Assembly (NCBI GenBank): GCA_964236955.1
Contig: CAXSGP010000001.1
Coordinates: 68,204 to 132,203 of the forward strand
Direction: 5' to 3'
DNA length: 64,000 nt
Source: an uncultured Oligoflexus sp.
GTDB taxonomy: Bacteria > Bdellovibrionota_B > Oligoflexia > Oligoflexales > Oligoflexaceae
Below are positions 59,016 through 64,000 of the stretch, piece after piece. Under the pieces are notes generated by a model that was given only the letters and a program-made list of their open reading frames with translations, did no database searches and was not told where the DNA came from. The number at the start of each line of letters is the position of its first letter. Position 1 is the stretch's first letter. A program made the translations under genes and the position numbers.

Positions 59016-59339
59016 TCGTATGCTCTTCCCTCTATTAAACCGGCCCGCGTGAGTGAGCAGCCAGAAATGGCTCTGAATGCTCCAGCCTAACCATTTTGCG
59101 CGGGGAGGCAAAGAAAAATCCAACCCTGATAGTCAAGTAAGCGCGCAGGCCTTTCTGATTTCCCAAGGATGCGCGAGGGATGCGGCAAAAGAGCCAAGAG
59201 AAGTAAAATGGGATTGGCCCCTGAAGCAGCTTTTTTGCAGGCGCTAGTTCGGACGGGGATTATTCTTGTCTCATGCGGGCTTTCATGGTTATAACCCCAT
59301 TCATCCTTTGCGTCTCTTCGTCAATGTCCTTGCCATTTC

Positions 59340-60209
59340 ATGGAGCCGTGGTTGAACATTCTTCAGAAAATTCAGAAAACAAGGTCGACTCTCAGCAAGT
59401 CCGAAGTCAAGGTCGCTGACGTCGTGCTCGCCGATCCTAACATCACGATAAGGTCGAGTATCGCGGCGCTTGCCCGTACCGCGGACGTGAGTGAACCGAC
59501 GGTCAACCGCTTCTGTCGAAGCCTCCAGTGCAAGGGTTTTCCGGATCTAAAACTGCAGATTGCCCAGTGTCTGGCCAGCGGCACACCCTATGTCAATTCG
59601 AATGTTGAAAAGGATGATAAAGTCCAGGATTTTGCGGTAAAGATCTTTGATATGACGATGTGTGCCCTTGAAGACGCCAAGAGCAACCTCGACTACGAAG
59701 GGCTCGGTCGTGCCATCGACACCTTGGCTGGTGCTCGCAAAATCGAATTTCATGGTCTCGGCGCCTCTTCATCCGTCGCCCTTGATGCCCAGCATAAATT
59801 TTTCCGTCTCAACGTCCCGGTCGTCGCTTATACCGATGTCATGATGCAACGAATGTCGGCAGCCGGGGCCAGTCGAGGTGTGGTTATCGTGATCATTTCC
59901 TATACGGGACGGAGCATCGCCAGCATTGAAGTCGCTCAACTCGCGCGCGAAGCGGGTGCGACCGTAATAGGCATCACCACTCCGGCATCGCCCCTCGCCC
60001 ATCTTTGCTCGCTCGTGATAGGGGTCGAAACGATCGAAGACACAGACATGTACACCCCTGCCCTCTCGCGGCTCCTGCACCTCGTCATCATTGATCTGCT
60101 CGCCACCGGTGTGACCTTGAAACGAGGTCCGGACTTTGTTGAACATCTGAAAAAACTGAAAAACTCTTTGGTTGCGACCCGTGTCCTGCGCGAAGATCAT
60201 CCATCCTAA
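59340..60209 (+). CDS. hexR: RpiR-family regulator HexR
   Basis: VSEPTVNRFCRSL..GFPDLKL, GLGASSSVALDAQHKFFR, EDTDMYTP and TGVTLKRGPDF; divergent from glk-eda. Confidence 0.88.
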   Translation: MEPWLNILQKIQKTRSTLSKSEVKVADVVLADPNITIRSSIAALARTADVSEPTVNRFCRSLQCKGFPDLKLQIAQCLASGTPYVNSNVEKDDKVQDFAVKIFDMTMCALEDAKSNLDYEGLGRAIDTLAGARKIEFHGLGASSSVALDAQHKFFRLNVPVVAYTDVMMQRMSAAGASRGVVIVIISYTGRSIASIEVAQLAREAGATVIGITTPASPLAHLCSLVIGVETIEDTDMYTPALSRLLHLVIIDLLATGVTLKRGPDFVEHLKKLKNSLVATRVLREDHPS

Positions 60210-60264
60210 GTTGCGATCCGCTTGGAAGGGATATTGACGATCCCTCTATTCGAGGCCAGGCCTC

Positions 60265-61050
60265 TCAGGGACGGAGGAGGCGCTGGCGCAGACTATCATC
60301 GGATTTCAAGGATTTCAGCACCCTTATGCTTAGCGGGAGGCTGGCTTCCTTGAGGGAAATGTAAGCCCTCTCGCGGATGAAATCGTCATGCAGTCGGGAG
60401 CTCGGATGAAGGATGAGTTCGCTGAGAAATTTGGTGGCGCTCGGATTGCGTAGGCCCACCAAGCCGAGGTTTCGAACGGCGTTCAAAAGCTCAAGTTGAA
60501 TGCTGAGGAGTTCCTCGGTGGGTTCGCCATAACCCAGATATTTCGTTTCGTTTTCATAGCGTGGCGGATTCCGATTCAAAAGATCCTCCCAAAAGGGCAA
60601 AAGCTCGTCGCTCTGAAGCTCATTGGCAATAAAGACCAAGCGTTCGCGCTTATCGCTATCATCCTGGCCTATTTCCTTTAATATTTTGGTAAAATATCCA
60701 GCGATGCGAACCGGGTCTTCGGCTCTGAGGACCTGCGTGGTCTTGGCGATGGTGATCGTCGAAGTCAGATTTGCGGTGACTAAGAGCCGGTGAAAATCTT
60801 TTTCTGTACTAATCTTGTCACCAGGGCTTTCCGCTTCGGTTTTTCCCTGGGTTGAATTTTGGCTGTCCTTGGCATTAAGCTTATCCGTTTTACCTGGAGC
60901 TTCGCCTTCGAGAGCGGTCGAGGCGGGCCACATATGCGCCGAAACCTTAAGCTTGGACTCTTGCGTCCCGCCCCTATTAAACCAGCGCAGGGATTGAGAG
61001 CCCATCACGACCATGACCAGAGCCAGCATCCCTATTCGAGATTTTCTCAC
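60265..61050 (-). CDS. Hypothetical membrane-anchored helical (HEAT-like) protein
   Basis: N-terminal TM, linker and helical C-domain; starts 2 nt after the upstream stop. Confidence 0.6.
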   Translation of the reverse strand: MRKSRIGMLALVMVVMGSQSLRWFNRGGTQESKLKVSAHMWPASTALEGEAPGKTDKLNAKDSQNSTQGKTEAESPGDKISTEKDFHRLLVTANLTSTITIAKTTQVLRAEDPVRIAGYFTKILKEIGQDDSDKRERLVFIANELQSDELLPFWEDLLNRNPPRYENETKYLGYGEPTEELLSIQLELLNAVRNLGLVGLRNPSATKFLSELILHPSSRLHDDFIRERAYISLKEASLPLSIRVLKSLKSDDSLRQRLLRP

Positions 61051-61052
61051 GG

Positions 61053-62756
61053 TTAATTCGCTCCCGTTATAACCTGGTCAGACAATCCCATCTCATTCGA
61101 CCATGTTTTGCACTGCCCCTGAAATCGTCGGGGATCTGCGCGTAAACTATAGTTGAGTTCGGTTATATACTCATTGATGGCTGCGTTGCGTAAGGTCGCG
61201 CAATAGTCGTCAGTGCAGGATACGACAATCGCATGCATAACGGCTGCCGAGGCAGCTGAAGCTGCGCATGGAGCATAGGATAGGTTATCGATATCGTGGT
61301 TCCAGCCTCTCGAGTGACGGGTTTCATGAGCAATCAAAATCGTATGGAAAACCGGCCGTGAGGGATTGTTGGCGGCTACCACGAGGTTTGGCGCACACCA
61401 GGTAAAGGCAGTCGAATTGAGTCGGGCAAAGCCGCCCACACCTGGGTCACAGCTGTCGGAAACCGTCACGAGATTCATGTAGTCTTTAAAATCCTCGATG
61501 AACGATGTGGGATAAACGGCCAACCAAATATCAAAGGCCAGTTCCGCGTAATGCAATTGGCTTTCCGAAAAGTTTTGAAAGCTTGCCGATTTCGTGCGCA
61601 CCGGGTTTAGCGGGTTCTTTGGCACCAGCGAGAGCGCGTCGTCGGCCTTCTTCAGATCGATCGTCTTGAAGGGTATTTTGTTCAATTGCAAAGGTAACGC
61701 AATGGTGTTCTCAGCATCGTTGACGTTGCCAAATTCAATTTCCCACTGACAGCCCGCTTCGAGCCCTTCGATCTTGATGTCCTGATAGTTCTGACAGGTG
61801 AATTCTTCAAGAATCGAATCCGAAGTACTTGCCAGCTTGACCTTAGAGCAGTTTTTGAGCAAACGGCCGCCGGTGCTTTTGGACAGATATCCCACAATAC
61901 TGACTGGAATCGTGGTCGAATACGAGAGTAGATTTTTCTTAACATTGCCCGGATTGCCAAGAATGGAGCCAGGCTTCGTCACATCGTACCAGCATGGAGA
62001 GCCAGCGTCATCATTGAGGGCAAGCTTTACCCCGTCGCTGCCCAACGCCTTGACGCCAGTCACAATGCTGCCTTCAGAATTCACAAGCACAAGATTGTTT
62101 TGATTGATGGCGACATTGATGGCAACCGGCATCATCAGGTTTTGGTCCACAGCCTTGTCAGCCTGCAAGGTTCCTTGAACCACGGGCGCCTGCAAGGGAG
62201 CTGGATCGAAGGCCAGATAGCGATAGCCACGGGCTTCTCCGACACGAATCACACAGAAGATTTGCCTCTGCCCTTTTTCCATAAGGTCTGCAATCAGTCT
62301 TTTCAGAGCCAGGGAATAGTGCGATCGCCAAGACACAATGGTTTCGGCGCCAATTTCAAGATTTATATCTTTGCAAAGCGGCAAAAGCGCGGTTTTATCT
62401 TGCTCACTAAGGGTTTGAAGATCTGAAACGTAGAGCATTCTATCGACGGCGGAGCCGCTTGGAATTTCGCTTAGTAAAGCGATGGAAACCGAGCCAAAGG
62501 TAAAATCAACTCCATCCTGAGTGGTGGATCGGACTTCGAATATAGAGTTTTCAGTGGCGCCCTCACCATCAGAGTCAAAGGCGTCCTTAGGAGGTTCGGG
62601 CTTACTGTCTGAGCTGCCAATCCCACTATATTTATTGTCACTGCTTTTACCGAAAGATGGCTGGACCGGTCGCTCTTCGGAACAGCCGAAGAGGACCCAA
62701 AGGGTGCCTGCAATCACTAGGTATTGAGAAAGCTTCTTCAAAGGGTGACGCTCCAA
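61053..62756 (-). CDS. Cys-rich lipoprotein with C-terminal metzincin-type zinc-binding motif
   Basis: Lipobox LFGC; HETRHSRGWNH matches HExxHxxGxxH. Confidence 0.68.
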   Translation of the reverse strand: MERHPLKKLSQYLVIAGTLWVLFGCSEERPVQPSFGKSSDNKYSGIGSSDSKPEPPKDAFDSDGEGATENSIFEVRSTTQDGVDFTFGSVSIALLSEIPSGSAVDRMLYVSDLQTLSEQDKTALLPLCKDINLEIGAETIVSWRSHYSLALKRLIADLMEKGQRQIFCVIRVGEARGYRYLAFDPAPLQAPVVQGTLQADKAVDQNLMMPVAINVAINQNNLVLVNSEGSIVTGVKALGSDGVKLALNDDAGSPCWYDVTKPGSILGNPGNVKKNLLSYSTTIPVSIVGYLSKSTGGRLLKNCSKVKLASTSDSILEEFTCQNYQDIKIEGLEAGCQWEIEFGNVNDAENTIALPLQLNKIPFKTIDLKKADDALSLVPKNPLNPVRTKSASFQNFSESQLHYAELAFDIWLAVYPTSFIEDFKDYMNLVTVSDSCDPGVGGFARLNSTAFTWCAPNLVVAANNPSRPVFHTILIAHETRHSRGWNHDIDNLSYAPCAASAASAAVMHAIVVSCTDDYCATLRNAAINEYITELNYSLRADPRRFQGQCKTWSNEMGLSDQVITGAN

Positions 62757-62779
62757 GTATTGGGATAGCTCAAGGTCTA

Positions 62780-62807
62780 TTTTCGGCTGTTTGGAAGCGA
62801 ATGTTGA
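62780..62807 (-). promoter_or_regulatory. sigma28-like promoter (weak)
   Basis: TCAA-N16-GCCGAAAA just upstream of the start; IHF-like ATTCAATGACTTA at 62841-62853. Confidence 0.35.
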
Positions 62808-63119
62808 CCCTAGGCAGAAAATTCTCTTGAATACCTATAAATTCAATGACTTATATAGAAGAAAACCGGCGATTAAAACCCGCCGTAACCGAATGTCGTG
62901 AGGTCGCTTTGCGGAATGGTGCCATCTCCTGAAGCGAAGGTCTGCCTTTTGACAACTCTGGCCTCGAGAACGGATCTTAGCTCTGGCGCCCGTGAGCCGA
63001 CCAAGGGCAAGGTCCCCATGGTCCCTGCTGTAAAAAAATTGGCCTGCTTCGGAAAGCAGGCCTGAAAACCAAGAGATCAAACCTCAAACAGAAATTTTAT
63101 CCGTTAAGAGGATCCCCAC

Positions 63120-63153
63120 AAAAAAAGATCCCAGCTTTAAATAAAGCTGATGA
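63120..63153 (-). terminator. Probable intrinsic terminator
   Basis: CAGCTTTA/TAAAGCTG stem with an A7 run on the plus-strand 5' side. Confidence 0.45.
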
Positions 63154-63234
63154 TTTTCAATATTGTGAGGACGAACCTTCATTTAAAGGAAGGGACAGCT
63201 CATTGTCAATTTAAAATCTCAGAGAATCTTAGTG

Positions 63235-64000
63235 TCACTCACTCGCTTGGTCTTCTTCATCCTTCAGGCTGGGATCGCTGCGCAGCCGTCTGGCCACATT
63301 CATTGCAATGAGAGTTCGGACCAGCTGGGTCGGATTAAAAATGATCGTTACTCTTTCCCCGCTTTTCTTCAGTTCGAGGATTCCCGCTTTCGCTCCCTCT
63401 TCAAAAGCGGCAGGGTCGGGTTTGACTTTTGTGTGTTTTTCAAAAGAATTTATGAGCAGGGCATAATCGACGCTGTTTACCTTTTGTATATCACCGTCAG
63501 TCTTTCGTATGTAGTCACGGAGCGCAAACAGGACCTTGCGATAGCGAAAGGGAATTTCCGCCTGAAGGAGCTTTTTGTTTTTGCCAGCCTTGGCCGATCG
63601 AATAAAGTCGGCATACCAACGCAGCCTCGGTAGGTTGTTGGCCGCCAGCATTGCCTTATCGGTATCCGGATTTTTTTCCACTTTCACCATACCGAGATTT
63701 TGAAAAACCCCAAAAATCGAGTCGATCATTTCCCGGCCATAGCCCAGACACTTATTGATACTTTCCAGCAGTGGCTCAATCATGACGACGTCCTTGCCAT
63801 CCACCTTCTTCATTAGAAAGGGCGCCAGTTCACAAGCCGTATCGCAAATTTGCAGAGAGATCCCAAGCCGGGTGGTCATCCTATCCAAAAGCGCCGTTCT
63901 CTCGTCCTGAAGCTGGGCTATCTGATCATTGGACTGGCCGATGCGATGCGAAAACTCTTTCAGGACAAGCTGTATCCAGGACGGGAGGTGGGCCAGCGGA
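63235..64000 (-). CDS. 5'-partial protein, possibly cyclic-nucleotide-binding (Crp/Fnr-like)
   Basis: Frame open to the window edge; the extension reads LPSWIQLVLKEFSHRI, resembling a cNMP-domain C-helix. Confidence 0.5.
   Translation of the reverse strand, partial: PLAHLPSWIQLVLKEFSHRIGQSNDQIAQLQDERTALLDRMTTRLGISLQICDTACELAPFLMKKVDGKDVVMIEPLLESINKCLGYGREMIDSIFGVFQNLGMVKVEKNPDTDKAMLAANNLPRLRWYADFIRSAKAGKNKKLLQAEIPFRYRKVLFALRDYIRKTDGDIQKVNSVDYALLINSFEKHTKVKPDPAAFEEGAKAGILELKKSGERVTIIFNPTQLVRTLIAMNVARRLRSDPSLKDEEDQASE

Noticed and set aside
56021-63127. Duplicate CCCCACAAAAAAAG 14-mer at about 56021 and about 63114
   Set aside because: Both are terminator U-tracts; two low-complexity copies do not support a repeat family
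1-64000. CRISPR arrays, tRNA/rRNA genes, riboswitches, IS/integrase/phage genes
   Set aside because: None recognised by eye; intergenic regions show no regular repeats or cloverleaf motifs. An Infernal/Rfam scan is needed to exclude ncRNAs

Overview
Bacterial chromosomal window of about 55 genes. I saw no rRNA, tRNA, CRISPR array, transposase, integrase or phage genes. The gene mix (DUF4360, receiver-TPR protein, many lipoproteins, sigma28/sigma54-type promoters) suggests an Oligoflexia/Bdellovibrionota-like host; this is inference only. Recognisable housekeeping and metabolic genes include an M13 peptidase, an ABC1 kinase, rlmM-kbl-tdh, a FabG4-type reductase, apaG, mrcB plus an LpoP-like lipoprotein, livKHMGF, hemH, a Bacteroidota-type arg cluster and hexR/glk/eda. 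Best candidates for poorly described systems: (1) a tightly coupled operon VTC polyphosphate-polymerase domain - DUF4956 membrane protein - YjiK/SdiA-regulated beta-propeller - OprO/P-type porin - CotH kinase lipoprotein (9700-14342), next to a sigma54-driven priming sugar transferase, read as a putative trans-envelope polyphosphate / surface-phosphorylation machine; (2) a Cys/His-rich leader ORF ending in PPPR ahead of a YtkA-like lipoprotein, a CxxC outer-membrane barrel and a thioredoxin (52348-54583), read as a putative copper-responsive uptake operon; (3) a membrane-anchored GrpE-like DUF2760 protein with two atypical Hsp70s (23714-28784). Also notable: a Ser/Thr kinase-STAND ATPase-GAF-GGDEF protein, a secreted Nir2/RdgB-like LNS2 phosphatase, a probable N-succinylornithine carbamoyltransferase and an unannotated 42-aa small protein. 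All family assignments come from motif recognition by eye, not database searches.
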